Positions 32,711-42,746 are shown, counted from the first letter of the stretch. The stretch is DNA of 64,000 bases from Meyerozyma guilliermondii (GCA_051546255.1 CP128818.1:744001-808000); one strand, 5' to 3'. Numbers and translations: made by a program. The notes: generated by a model not told the origin, from the sequence alone.

Positions 32711-33547
32711 ATGATATGCGTGGAGTGTGGAAATACTCAGATAAAACGGCTATATTCCGAGTATAAGAGCTCACACATCACACTCACCGTGTGTCCCGTA
32801 TGCCATAATGTTGCTGACAAGTACATTGAGTACGATAGAGTCCTTCTTTTCATCGATATCTTGCTCTTGAAGCCGCAGGCTTATCGCCATTTGGCATTCA
32901 ATTTGACAGAAGAACAGCTTCTTGCAAACCTCAATGGCCCCAGAACACGCAAATACAACCTGGTATTCAGACTTTTCATGGTTTTTATATTATTTGATGT
33001 TTATTTGGTTTGGGCTCACGAAGAACGAAAACCAACTCATACCCCAGCCATGCAAACGGTGTTGTCCCAGGCAGTTTATGTTCAATACTTGTTCTTTATC
33101 GTAAGACTGTTATGTGAGACAGGCATCCAGAGCTTCTTGACACTTCTTCTCTGTCAGATCGGCACCAATTGGGGATCGAATGCTCCATACATCAATATAC
33201 CAAAAGAATTCCAACGAGGATATTCTTCTGCTGTTCTCCTTATGGTCATTCTCGTATCCAGCTCCATCAAATTGTTTCCCATTCTCATGCTCATATGGCC
33301 ATACGATGCCTCAACTCAGTCGCTTTTCATCATTAACATTATTGCATTTATTACGTCTTTTGAAGCTATAACTATGACTGTCCAAGCACCCCGATGGAGA
33401 GTGCTTCTCATTTCCTGTACAACTACAGGCATAAGACTCGTAGTGTCAACACTTTTCACTGCCACGGTTGTCAGCTATCTATCAGAGTACTCCATTACTC
33501 ATATCGTCGACACCCAGCTTCGAGCCATGATCCCCAAACTTTTCTAG
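32711..33547 (+). CDS. ARV1: Sterol homeostasis protein Arv1
   Basis: MICVECG..LY..C..C...ADKYIEYD..ID ILLLKPQAYRHL Arv1 homology domain; KLFPILMLIWPYD. Confidence 0.93.
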   Translation: MICVECGNTQIKRLYSEYKSSHITLTVCPVCHNVADKYIEYDRVLLFIDILLLKPQAYRHLAFNLTEEQLLANLNGPRTRKYNLVFRLFMVFILFDVYLVWAHEERKPTHTPAMQTVLSQAVYVQYLFFIVRLLCETGIQSFLTLLLCQIGTNWGSNAPYINIPKEFQRGYSSAVLLMVILVSSSIKLFPILMLIWPYDASTQSLFIINIIAFITSFEAITMTVQAPRWRVLLISCTTTGIRLVVSTLFTATVVSYLSEYSITHIVDTQLRAMIPKLF

Positions 33548-35979
33548 TCCCATTCAGAAACATGGATTTGCGGCTTGCGCTCCAAGATCCCATCGGAGTT
33601 GATCAAAAGCATCTCGTTTCTATCAACGGCAATCAATGGCCCATCAAGATTATCTATAAGACGAGGATACTCGTATGTGGTGTTGAATTCACGCTGCTCG
33701 TCAACGGTGGCATACTTGGTGGTTCCTACCACCGTCTCGGCATCTTCAGTCTCGGTGTGGCCGTTTTCAATCGAGCGAAGAGCAATAAATAATGATAATG
33801 AAATATAGTTCTGTTGGTAGTTCCATAAGCATGCCATGGTGACGAGCGGTAACGGAGCCAAGCATGTTGCACAATAGTATGCTTTCTGCAACGCAAAAGT
33901 GCCCACCATGGTCAACTGAAATATCAAGAGCCCGAGAATAAACCGTCTGAAAATCAAGGGCCAAACTTTTCCTGTGGAATGAGGTGGATGAACACAGGCG
34001 TAGAGCAATTGGTACTTGTAGACAAAGTAACCAATCAAGAAGTAAAGAAGGCCAGCCGAAAGGATCTTGGTGGACATGACAGAGTACACAATCGTCACTA
34101 TCAATATTAAAATCGGCTGGGGTAACTGAAGTCCAAAATTGAAGACTGGAGGCTGGTATAATTTTAGCAAGTCTCGAGGAGTTTTGCACCAGAATAAAGA
34201 CCGGAAAGAAAACCGCAATAAGTTACCCATCAAGAGAAGTTTGTAAGGAAAGATACCCAAACCTTGTAAGATGATCAAATCAACATAGAATAATGATAGT
34301 TTCTGAACCGATTGTGCCAAATGATTGGCTATCTTTCCATCACTCAACGAGGCGGTTCCTGCCATTGTGAACACCAAGAACAAGTTTACAAAGATGTAAA
34401 AAAAGTTCTTGGATATGACCGAGAGCTCTTCGTCACTGTGGGAAGTGTATCCTTGCTTGGACGTAATCCAAATGTAAAAATAAGGAATTACCATATTCAT
34501 GATGGTGAAAAGATATGTGGGCAAAAGACCAGTTATCAACGTTTCTGCCCACCGGTGTGCATCTAAGAAAGCACCAAGCGACGGCCAAGCATTGGAAATG
34601 TAACTAATACTCAAAATTTTGGTGAGGTCGGTGACTGGCTTCACTAACACAATACTGAGCAATGTGATGCTCAAAGTCACAAAGAAAATACGAGCGTTTC
34701 TTTCTTTGCGAGTCAAGCAAAGATTGTCCCAAATAATGTCATGAGGAGCTGGCGCGAGGTTGGTTATAAGGTGGTTCACTTTTGGATCCAAAACCGCCTG
34801 TGCTACCATCTGAGCTTGTGCCACAGATTTCATGGTAATAAAAGCCGTTGAAGATCCTGGGTGCTCGCGAGTTCGAGCCCGAGATATCTCCTTGTCGATG
34901 ACCAGAAGCTGCTGGGTGTAGTGGTCAATAGCATCCGTTTTCGGTCCAAAAATTCCCAAGAAACCGGTGCGGGTTTTTGGACGATGATCAAGATCGTCAA
35001 ACGGTGACAGTCCAGAAGCTTCAACGATGCGGTCTATGACAGATCCATGGACGGACTGAGGCGAAACCGAGCGGGAATCCGAGGTTGGCGAGTTTATCGA
35101 GCTTTGGGTATCTGGAACATCACGATACGACTCCACTCCGTTTTCCATATTGTACAGGGCCCCCACGCTCGGGCGAAAGTTGTTAACGTCTGAAGTGCTG
35201 TAACCATTTGCACGGAGGTATTCTACCCAGTAGGACTCCAATCTGGACAAAATGCGTCGGCGCAACTTGAAAAGACCGTTCAAGTTGTTCCATTCTCGTA
35301 CCACTACGATGGAATCGATTTCGCCCATTCCCAAGGTATGGAAATGTTTCTTCAATTCCAGCTCGTCTCGCAACGTGGCAGGGATTCCCGAGAGCTTGAC
35401 AGTTCGATCGGCAATCGAATCTTGCTTTCCCAAGTAATTCTGGCGCATAGTAATGACATGGAGGGTATGGTTGAAAAGAAAGTAGGTTGCTACCAACGTG
35501 AAAACGTAGGTGAAAAGAGTATATGTCCACAACACGTAGACGTGGATACTCTGCTTCTTCTTGTGGTCATCGGGTCCGTCGATATACCCAGTATAACGGT
35601 AGCGAATGGGCGAAATGATACAGAGAGAAAACAGAACACACACTGCCAAAAGTTTGATGCACATTTTGAAAAATGACAAAAATACCACAGCATCTAACCC
35701 GGCGTGTTCGAGCACCTGAGCTTCTGTGACCCGAAACACCACTGAAATCCATCCAAAGAGAGATTTTGCTGGAAGACTAGGAAGATGACGTCTGGAAAGA
35801 CTGTGATGACTTCGATTTAAATGGTTGAAATTTGCCACGTAGATTTTGGGGTACCTGACCCGCAAAGCACAGAAGGCTAGGAACGCCATGGACCCAAGGA
35901 CGGAAGCCACGAGGATCTGGGTGGACGCAATACGAGCCGACCGCCGTACTTCATCGGGATCTCTGATTGGAGACGACAT
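33544..35979 (-). CDS. CSC1: OSCA/TMEM63 calcium-permeable stress-gated channel
   Basis: AGLDAVVFLSF, APAPHDIIWDN, KNFFYIFVNLFLVF, FNFGLQLPQPI, YKYQLLY; convergent with ARV1 as in S. cerevisiae. Confidence 0.92.
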   Translation of the reverse strand: MSSPIRDPDEVRRSARIASTQILVASVLGSMAFLAFCALRVRYPKIYVANFNHLNRSHHSLSRRHLPSLPAKSLFGWISVVFRVTEAQVLEHAGLDAVVFLSFFKMCIKLLAVCVLFSLCIISPIRYRYTGYIDGPDDHKKKQSIHVYVLWTYTLFTYVFTLVATYFLFNHTLHVITMRQNYLGKQDSIADRTVKLSGIPATLRDELELKKHFHTLGMGEIDSIVVVREWNNLNGLFKLRRRILSRLESYWVEYLRANGYSTSDVNNFRPSVGALYNMENGVESYRDVPDTQSSINSPTSDSRSVSPQSVHGSVIDRIVEASGLSPFDDLDHRPKTRTGFLGIFGPKTDAIDHYTQQLLVIDKEISRARTREHPGSSTAFITMKSVAQAQMVAQAVLDPKVNHLITNLAPAPHDIIWDNLCLTRKERNARIFFVTLSITLLSIVLVKPVTDLTKILSISYISNAWPSLGAFLDAHRWAETLITGLLPTYLFTIMNMVIPYFYIWITSKQGYTSHSDEELSVISKNFFYIFVNLFLVFTMAGTASLSDGKIANHLAQSVQKLSLFYVDLIILQGLGIFPYKLLLMGNLLRFSFRSLFWCKTPRDLLKLYQPPVFNFGLQLPQPILILIVTIVYSVMSTKILSAGLLYFLIGYFVYKYQLLYACVHPPHSTGKVWPLIFRRFILGLLIFQLTMVGTFALQKAYYCATCLAPLPLVTMACLWNYQQNYISLSLFIALRSIENGHTETEDAETVVGTTKYATVDEQREFNTTYEYPRLIDNLDGPLIAVDRNEMLLINSDGILERKPQIHVSEWD

Positions 35980-36339
35980 CAAAAAATGATGGAAAGGACG
36001 ATTAAGGAGGTGAGGATGATTTTCTGGGTACTTGTAGTCTGGTGTAAACTAAGGGGATCGAAAATCCGGTTCAAAAACGGCTTGGTGGCAAATGGGCACA
36101 GGAATAGGAAGAAGTAGTCTATAACGGTTTGAAATAAAAGTCGCGAAATTGTTTATCAAATATCTTATCGCAGAGAAATTGAAAACAGTCGGGGTGTTAC
36201 TTTTGGACTATTGATTCACATATTTCGGAAATCAGTTGCGCCACTCGTCAAGGTCTTTTCATACACTCTCTTCATCAGATACGGTCTTTTGGTTAGCTGT
36301 CTTTTTTCCTATTTTCAATCTTCCCATTTCTCGCGTATT

Positions 36340-36951
36340 ATGGCCTACAATTACACCAAAAAGTTCCTAGAATTCAACTGCAAACAGCTCGAGCGCGGGT
36401 TGGAAATAGACGACAAAATAAGCTCCATTCTTGATGGCCAGGACGAACTTACAAAGCAACAATTTCAACAGATACTTCGTCAGGTGAATGTTCGTTTGAA
36501 AAGACACCACAGAAACATGTTTCTGACACAGGCAACAAGTCAGATAGCACAGCAGGTGGTCAAGTATGAACAGACCAAGGCAATTGAAGCTACAGAGAAG
36601 CTTTTACAAGCACAATCTACCATTCAACCCTTAATTTTACCTGAGTTGGAGACGGCTCTTTCGCTGGACCGGCGTCTTGCCGAGTTCAAAAGACTTGTAG
36701 ATGAGCTCCCGGAGCTGCGGTACTTGCAAGATGAGAATATGGACGAAGAGCTACTAGATCGCTACGAACTGGTACGGCAACGCATGGTGCAATTGAATGA
36801 GCGATTTGTACATGCGTACCACAAACGGGACTACTTGAAGCAATTGCTCGGCACGTTGGGAAACCAAGAGGCACAGGAGAATGCTGGAGATCTAGAGAGG
36901 GAGGTCGAGAGGTTTCAAGCGTTGGTGAAGGAAATGAAGAGTGAGACTTGA
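36340..36951 (+). CDS. NKP1: Probable kinetochore Nkp1/Fta4-family protein (203 aa)
   Basis: KKFLE..KQLER.L...VNVRLKRHHRNMF(S)TQAT.QIAQQV resembles the FTA4 domain; coiled coil; S. cerevisiae NKP1 is adjacent to RPP2B and YRA1. Confidence 0.65.
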   Translation: MAYNYTKKFLEFNCKQLERGLEIDDKISSILDGQDELTKQQFQQILRQVNVRLKRHHRNMFLTQATSQIAQQVVKYEQTKAIEATEKLLQAQSTIQPLILPELETALSLDRRLAEFKRLVDELPELRYLQDENMDEELLDRYELVRQRMVQLNERFVHAYHKRDYLKQLLGTLGNQEAQENAGDLEREVERFQALVKEMKSET

Positions 36952-37734
36952 GCGGGATCAAGATGAGATTGAGCTAACAGTTGAAAGCTAAAATTGATAT
37001 TGTGATCGAGATTGACAGTGGCAGCTGCGACACATTGGGTTGAGACCTGAAAATGAGGATGAAAGCCGAAAATTGAGAGTTGAGTGCACAATTTGAGTCT
37101 GAAGTGAGAACTGGAGCTGAAATTAGACTTGATTATTTTGAGTATTCGAATCGAGTTTGATCTAAAATTAGATTTGAAACGAACTTGGAGTTGAAGCTTT
37201 CAACTGATTTTGATTGAGAGTTGTGAACTGAAAGTTAAGCTTGATGAGTTGGTACTCAAAGGATTTGACATCAGAGTGCGAACTTCAGAATTGAGACTAC
37301 ATTATTTGAGTACCCACCAAAACTAGAACTGAAATTGACTCCACATTCCAATTGGCAACGGGCCCATACATTTGCTGCACGCAGCCGCCTCACGCCCAAT
37401 TTAGCATGGGTTTCGTTTCACAGCACGCGATCGATATACTGTTGACGTCTGCGGCTCGGATTTCGCGTTTCGCGCATGAAAAGTACGAGCATTCACGGGG
37501 ATGAGAATCAAAGATCAAGGCTTAGATCTGAGATGAGTCCTTCTAAAATAATTCTAGAGCTCTTGCATGTCACCAGCTACGACACCATAGTATGATAACT
37601 CAACCCTGGTCGAAAAACTGCGCGAAAACGTTTTTTCATCATACATGACCTACGACGCACACTCATGCAGCATGAGTATACGGCACCTTCAAAATCCGAA
37701 ACCTTAAAAGCTGGACTATTTGCTGTTTTTCTTC

Positions 37735-39228
37735 ATGCGGTGGCTCCTCTTCGTCCTAGCTGTGCTATGTGCCTGTACTCAGGCCCAGACTATTCACTTG
37801 GAAAAGCGTGTAAAGACGGTTAACGCCAAGAAGAATGCTGATGGTTCGTGCTATGCTCACACGATAGCTGCAGGTGAAACTTGTGGGTTTTTGCTTGAAA
37901 AGTTCACCAACATCAAAACATTGGACAATCTCTATGCGTGGAACAAGAACACTTTCAATTGGAATGGTTGCAATAATGGCCATCCTTGGGCTGGTGATAA
38001 GGTGTGTGTGAGTGACGGAACTCCTCCACGGCCTCCAGTGAATAAAGATGCCGTTTGTGGACCGCAAGCCCCAGGTGCATTCTTCAACACTGAGTGTCCA
38101 TTGAACGCATGCTGTAGTCAATATGGATACTGTGGAACCACATCGCAGTATTGCGACAAAACCGATTCTCCCACAGGAGCACCTGGAACTGCTGGTTGTA
38201 TCTCCAACTGTGGCTACGGAAAGATCCATACCAACCCGGCTTCTACGTTCAAAAATATTGGATACTGGCTCGACGTGAGTGGTGGAATGGCCCTTGATCC
38301 AACAACCTTGGACGACGGTAGCTATACTGCTATACACTATGCGTTTGTGCCTATCAAGAGTGATATGACCATCGATGATTCCAAATTCAAGATTAGCAAG
38401 TTTTTATCGTTGAAAAAGACGAAAAAGGTTGCTTCATTTGGAGGTTGGGATTTCAGCACTTCTCCATCAACTTACCAGATATTCCGCAACGGTGTACAAG
38501 TTGCCAACAGAGATAAGCTCGCTACAAACCTTGTTAATTTTATGACAAAGTACAACTTGGATGGCATTGATTTAGACTGGGAATACCCCGGTGCTCAGGA
38601 TATACCTGGAATCCCCAGCGATGATCTCAACAATGGACAAAATTACTTGGAGCTTGTCAAGAGCATCAAGTCCAAGCTTCCATCTGGGAAAACGTTATCG
38701 GTAGCACTTCCCAATACGTATTACTACTTGAGTAATTTCCCGGTCAAAGCCATGCAAGACTATGTGAACTACTTCATCTTTATGACTTATGACTACCCAG
38801 GAGCTACCCAAAATACCCTTTTTTGCCATACAGACAAAGATCAAGTTGTTCAGTCGTTGGAGATGCTTGACAAGGCCGGCGTAAAGATGTGGAAAACCTA
38901 TGGAGGGTTGGCTAATTACGGCCACACATATACGTTGAAATCGACTTCGTGTACTGCCATAGGATGTGAAGGAAGCGGTCCTGGAAAAGCAGGACCTGTG
39001 AGTGGAGAAGCGGGAACTTTGACGGATTTTGAAATCAATGCTATTGCCAAGAGTTCGAGAAAGAACAAGAGATGGACCGATAGCACTAGTATGTGCGACG
39101 TAATGGTTTACGACAACAACAATTGGGTGGCATGGCCCAAGGCTGGGCAACGTGATGCCATGAGAGAGTTCTTTAGAGGTGCTGGATTAGGAGGCAGTTC
39201 ACTTTGGCTCACGAACTATGCTCGTTAG
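37735..39228 (+). CDS. Secreted LysM-CBM18-GH18 chitinase resembling the yeast killer toxin (zymocin) alpha subunit (497 aa)
   Basis: Signal peptide MRWLLFVLAVLCACTQA, LEKR Kex2 site, fungal LysM (C..HTIAAGETC...WN....C...G.KVCVS), hevein CPLNACCSQYGYCG....C, GH18 SFGGW, DGIDLDWEYP, MTYD, terminal GSSLW. Confidence 0.93.
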   Translation: MRWLLFVLAVLCACTQAQTIHLEKRVKTVNAKKNADGSCYAHTIAAGETCGFLLEKFTNIKTLDNLYAWNKNTFNWNGCNNGHPWAGDKVCVSDGTPPRPPVNKDAVCGPQAPGAFFNTECPLNACCSQYGYCGTTSQYCDKTDSPTGAPGTAGCISNCGYGKIHTNPASTFKNIGYWLDVSGGMALDPTTLDDGSYTAIHYAFVPIKSDMTIDDSKFKISKFLSLKKTKKVASFGGWDFSTSPSTYQIFRNGVQVANRDKLATNLVNFMTKYNLDGIDLDWEYPGAQDIPGIPSDDLNNGQNYLELVKSIKSKLPSGKTLSVALPNTYYYLSNFPVKAMQDYVNYFIFMTYDYPGATQNTLFCHTDKDQVVQSLEMLDKAGVKMWKTYGGLANYGHTYTLKSTSCTAIGCEGSGPGKAGPVSGEAGTLTDFEINAIAKSSRKNKRWTDSTSMCDVMVYDNNNWVAWPKAGQRDAMREFFRGAGLGGSSLWLTNYAR

Positions 39229-39513
39229 AAAAAAGAGAGGTGAGAGTAATGGCTAGAATCTGTAACAATATAATTTAGCATGAGGTGAGTAGAGAGTAAA
39301 AGAAAAGTAGCTTCAGAGAAAGCTGTTAGAGAGTTCAATTGAACATTTCTCGACAAGAACAAACATAGAACGATACACTAGCCACATCTCAATCTCCGTA
39401 TCTCATCGTCCCCATCATATCAGTCTTCAATTTTGCAACTCTTCACTTTTCACTCTTCTCTTCTCACCCTACGCTCTACACTCTTCCTAACAATGCGGAT
39501 CTATATTACACGA

Positions 39514-39849
39514 TTAATCGAACAATCCGAAACCCATGTCATCGTCAGACTCCTCCTTTTCTTCCTCGGCCTTCTCTTCAGCAGCAGCCTCTTCTCCACC
39601 AGCGGCAGCAGAAGAAGATCCAGCAGCTCCAGAGGCAGCAGCACCACCAGTAGGAACGGAAGCCAACTTGGTGTTACCCTCGGCAATCAACTCAGCAACG
39701 GTCTTACCTTCCAAAGCACTCAACAAGGCAGAGATTCTAGATTCATCAACCTCGGCACCAACGGTCTCCAACAAGGAAGTGATATCGGAAGCGGAAGGAG
39801 AAGTGTTACCACCCTCAACCAACAACAAGTATGCAGCCAAATACTTCAT
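39514..39849 (-). CDS. RPP2B: 60S acidic ribosomal protein P2
   Basis: [10 protein letters not shown]...[13 protein letters not shown]; strong codon bias. Confidence 0.96.
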   Translation of the reverse strand: MKYLAAYLLLVEGGNTSPSASDITSLLETVGAEVDESRISALLSALEGKTVAELIAEGNTKLASVPTGGAAASGAAGSSSAAAGGEEAAAEEKAEEEKEESDDDMGFGLFD

Positions 39850-40086
39850 TTTTTTTGTAGAATAATCAGTTTAAGCAAAGAGCGGACTATCCTTTGACAA
39901 GTATCTGAAAAATTTGTTCAACGAGAGCTGCAGTCGCGCTCACCAGACCTGCAGATAAAATGACAGTTTGGATTGCACGCGCGGAGCACGTGCCACGCTG
40001 CTTTGCGGTCACAGCCCTCGTGACCGGCTACTCATTTTTCGCGGATTCAACTGTTGAATTTTTTCAGTACTGAAAGACATCGTAAT

Positions 40087-40594
40087 ATGGCTGCTGAAAC
40101 CAGTATGTATAACTTGGGTTTGACCCGTGAAAACACCTTTAGGATGGCGAGGCCGTTCTCCTGAACCCACACTAACCCCAGCTCAGAGAAAAAGAGTCTT
40201 CAAGACCTTCTCCTTCAGAGGTGTCGACCTCAAGGATTTGTTGGAAATGCCAACCGAAGAATTCACCAAGTTGTGCGGTGCCAGAGTTAGAAGAAGATTC
40301 TCCAGAGGATTGGGATCCAAGCCTATGGGTTTGATCAACAAATTGAGAGCCGCCAAGTTGGCTACCGAGCCAAATGAGAAGCCTGCTGTCGTCAAGACCC
40401 ACTTGAGAAACATGATTGTTGTGCCAGAAATGATCGGATCTGTTGTTGGTGTGTACAACGGTAAGGTTTTCAACACCGTTGAGATCAAACCAGAGATGGT
40501 TGGCCACTACTTGGGTGAATTCTCCATCACCTACACTCCAGTCAGACACGGTAGAGCCGGTAACGCTTCTGCCAGATTCATCCCATTGAGATAG
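40087..40594 (+). CDS. RPS15: 40S ribosomal protein S15 (uS19), 2 exons (40087-40102, 40182-40594), 142 aa
   Basis: Spliced [22 protein letters not shown]...[16 protein letters not shown]...[11 protein letters not shown]. Confidence 0.97.
40103..40181 (+). other. RPS15 intron (79 nt)
   Basis: GTATGT...CACTAAC-CCCAG. Confidence 0.92.
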
Positions 40595-40737
40595 ATTATA
40601 GTGTATCTTAACATAATGTACCAAATGTAGACGGAAGAAAGAAAAACGAACAAAAACCAGCTAAGAAAAATTATCCTCTATTCTGCATTTTCTCATTTTT
40701 CACTTATTTCACTTTCGATTTCACTCCCTCCCTTTTT

Positions 40738-41571
40738 ATGTCCGACACAGCCAGGGAAATCACCTACGGCTCCGTGGCTGGAATGTGTGGTAAATTGGTC
40801 GAGTACCCCTTCGATACCATCAAAGTTCGACTACAGTCGTCTGCTCATTTCCGCTCGTCCTCCACGATTCAAGCAATAAAGGAAACTTATACCCAGGAAG
40901 GGATAGTCAATGGTTTCTACAAAGGTTTAAAAGCGCCGTTGGTGGGCGCTTGTTTAGAAACAGCAGTGCTTTTTCTGTCTTATCAATGGGCATTGGCGAA
41001 ATTTAAAGAGAACAAGAAATGCGATGAGGTTTCTTTGGCGGTGAAAAGTGGATGTGGAGGGTTCTCTGGGTTCATGGCGGCGTTTGTTTTGACACCAGTA
41101 GAGCTTGTCAAGTGTAGATTACAGGTTGAGAACGTTATGGGAGGACACCTGGTGGCTACTCAGTATGGAAAAGTTATCAGAACCATCATTCGCAGCGATG
41201 GAGTTTTGGGATTATGGAGTGGACTTTTGAGCACTATGATTCGAGAAATAGGAGGTACGGCCATATGGTTCACCACCTACGAGTACTGTCTCCAAAAGTT
41301 TGGGGAAAATTCTCCATTGACAACTAAACACTATTTATTCAGCGGTGCTTTGGCAGGCATCACCTTTAATCTTTCGATGTTTCCAGTCGACACAATCAAG
41401 TCCAATATTCAAGTCAGCCACGGAAGCATTGTCAACACGGCTGCAAGGCTCTTGGCGGCTCCCGGAGGAATCCGCAACTTGTACCATGGACTCGGCATAA
41501 CCTTGATCAGGGCAGCGCCGGCGAATGCCTTGATTTTTTATGCCTACGAGACGATGAAGACCATTTTGTGA
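40738..41571 (+). CDS. ORT1: Mitochondrial carrier, ornithine transporter type
   Basis: Three PX(D/E)XX(K/R) repeats (EYPFDTIKVRLQ, TPVELVKCRLQ, FPVDTIKS); near AFI1/ADE2 as in S. cerevisiae. Confidence 0.85.
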   Translation: MSDTAREITYGSVAGMCGKLVEYPFDTIKVRLQSSAHFRSSSTIQAIKETYTQEGIVNGFYKGLKAPLVGACLETAVLFLSYQWALAKFKENKKCDEVSLAVKSGCGGFSGFMAAFVLTPVELVKCRLQVENVMGGHLVATQYGKVIRTIIRSDGVLGLWSGLLSTMIREIGGTAIWFTTYEYCLQKFGENSPLTTKHYLFSGALAGITFNLSMFPVDTIKSNIQVSHGSIVNTAARLLAAPGGIRNLYHGLGITLIRAAPANALIFYAYETMKTIL

Positions 41572-41605
41572 ACAGGGGCTGAGTTAGAACTGCTTCAGTT
41601 TGCAG

Positions 41606-42592
41606 TTAGAACTGCTTGGCGGCGTACTCAAGATCGTCGGCGTTGACCAAGTCGCATCCGAGTTCCCACAAGGTGCTCATCTGGGCATTTCTAATATGGA
41701 TGGGCCAGGTGTTTCCTCCCCATATTCTGGTCTTGAGACCTAACTTGTGAGCTGTGTCAAAGTAATTTTTGAGGGTGGTTTTAGCCTGGTCGCCCAATTC
41801 TTGGGTAGCTACCAGAGCATACAAATTTTTGCCGAGCAATTGCTCAAGAGAAGCGCTTGCAATTACCGCCAATTGGCTGTATTCTTGCAAAGACTCCGTG
41901 CTGGCGTTGGACTTCATGTTGACAAGCGGGCTATCGAGAAACATGTAGCGAACAGTTTCTTCTTTGACCAATTCGGTGGCCTGGTTACCAGAGATGGTGA
42001 TGGTCAATGGACCAGGAATCCATTTTTTTTGAGTTGTATCGTAGTGGGTGAGGTACTGCGCATCGATAAAAGGTTGGATCTGTGATTTCAAAGCGGCATA
42101 GGTGGAATTGGCTTCTGTTTTGACATCGAATAAAATGTGCAATGGCACCTCCGGCGAGTTGTAGAATAAACCATGCTTTGTGGTTGTGTCTCCAAGAAGA
42201 GCCAGCTGGTTCGAACCGTCATTGTAGCGAAATGCTGGGTTCACCGAGTTCAAAAAACTGTAAATAGGTCCCAAATAAAGACTCCAGAGAGTGTTATTAG
42301 GTTGCAAATAAAGCTGATTGTGACCAACGTAGACTTCATTATCACCAAATTCTTTTGTGGAGGTGGTTTCTGTTTCCGGTACCACGGTGTAGTTCTTGTC
42401 AAAAATCCACACATCGGCTTCAACACTGGCACAACCAAAGCTCAATGCATCAAATAATGGACGGTGTCTCCAGTAGTCATTGTGCGAATGAATAGGTTTC
42501 ACATCTACATCTCTAGTAAGGCTTTCTGTGGTGTAGTTCAGGGTATAGACGGAGGCAGCGGCATCGGAAACGGGGCGAAACACACTGATCAT
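41606..42592 (-). CDS. AIM6: Aim6-like PLC-like phosphodiesterase-fold protein
   Basis: HSHNDYWRHRPLFDAL..G..SVEADVW, LYLGPI, LVNADDL. Confidence 0.88.
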   Translation of the reverse strand: MISVFRPVSDAAASVYTLNYTTESLTRDVDVKPIHSHNDYWRHRPLFDALSFGCASVEADVWIFDKNYTVVPETETTSTKEFGDNEVYVGHNQLYLQPNNTLWSLYLGPIYSFLNSVNPAFRYNDGSNQLALLGDTTTKHGLFYNSPEVPLHILFDVKTEANSTYAALKSQIQPFIDAQYLTHYDTTQKKWIPGPLTITISGNQATELVKEETVRYMFLDSPLVNMKSNASTESLQEYSQLAVIASASLEQLLGKNLYALVATQELGDQAKTTLKNYFDTAHKLGLKTRIWGGNTWPIHIRNAQMSTLWELGCDLVNADDLEYAAKQF

Positions 42593-42746
42593 TTTTGGTG
42601 GATATTGTGGAGAATTGATGAGTTTGCCGTCTTTTATATTTCAGTTCAAGTTCGCACAAATCCCACGAGGTGACATTTTTGACATTTTCCACGAGGTGAT
42701 ATTTTTCACGGGGTTTCCCACGAGGGTCTTTATAGTAAATAATAAT

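Noticed and set aside
36084..36092. Perfect GGTGGCAAA (Rpn4/PACE) site between CSC1 and NKP1
   Set aside because: Single 9-mer with no supporting context; cannot be distinguished from chance
37520..37535. ATCTGA resembling the linear-plasmid UCS promoter
   Set aside because: About 200 nt from the ATG, far beyond normal UCS spacing; expected by chance
36960..37730. Possible remnant of a toxin gamma-subunit or immunity gene next to the chitinase
   Set aside because: No ORF of 60 aa or more and no recognisable peptide; would need tBLASTn to exclude fully
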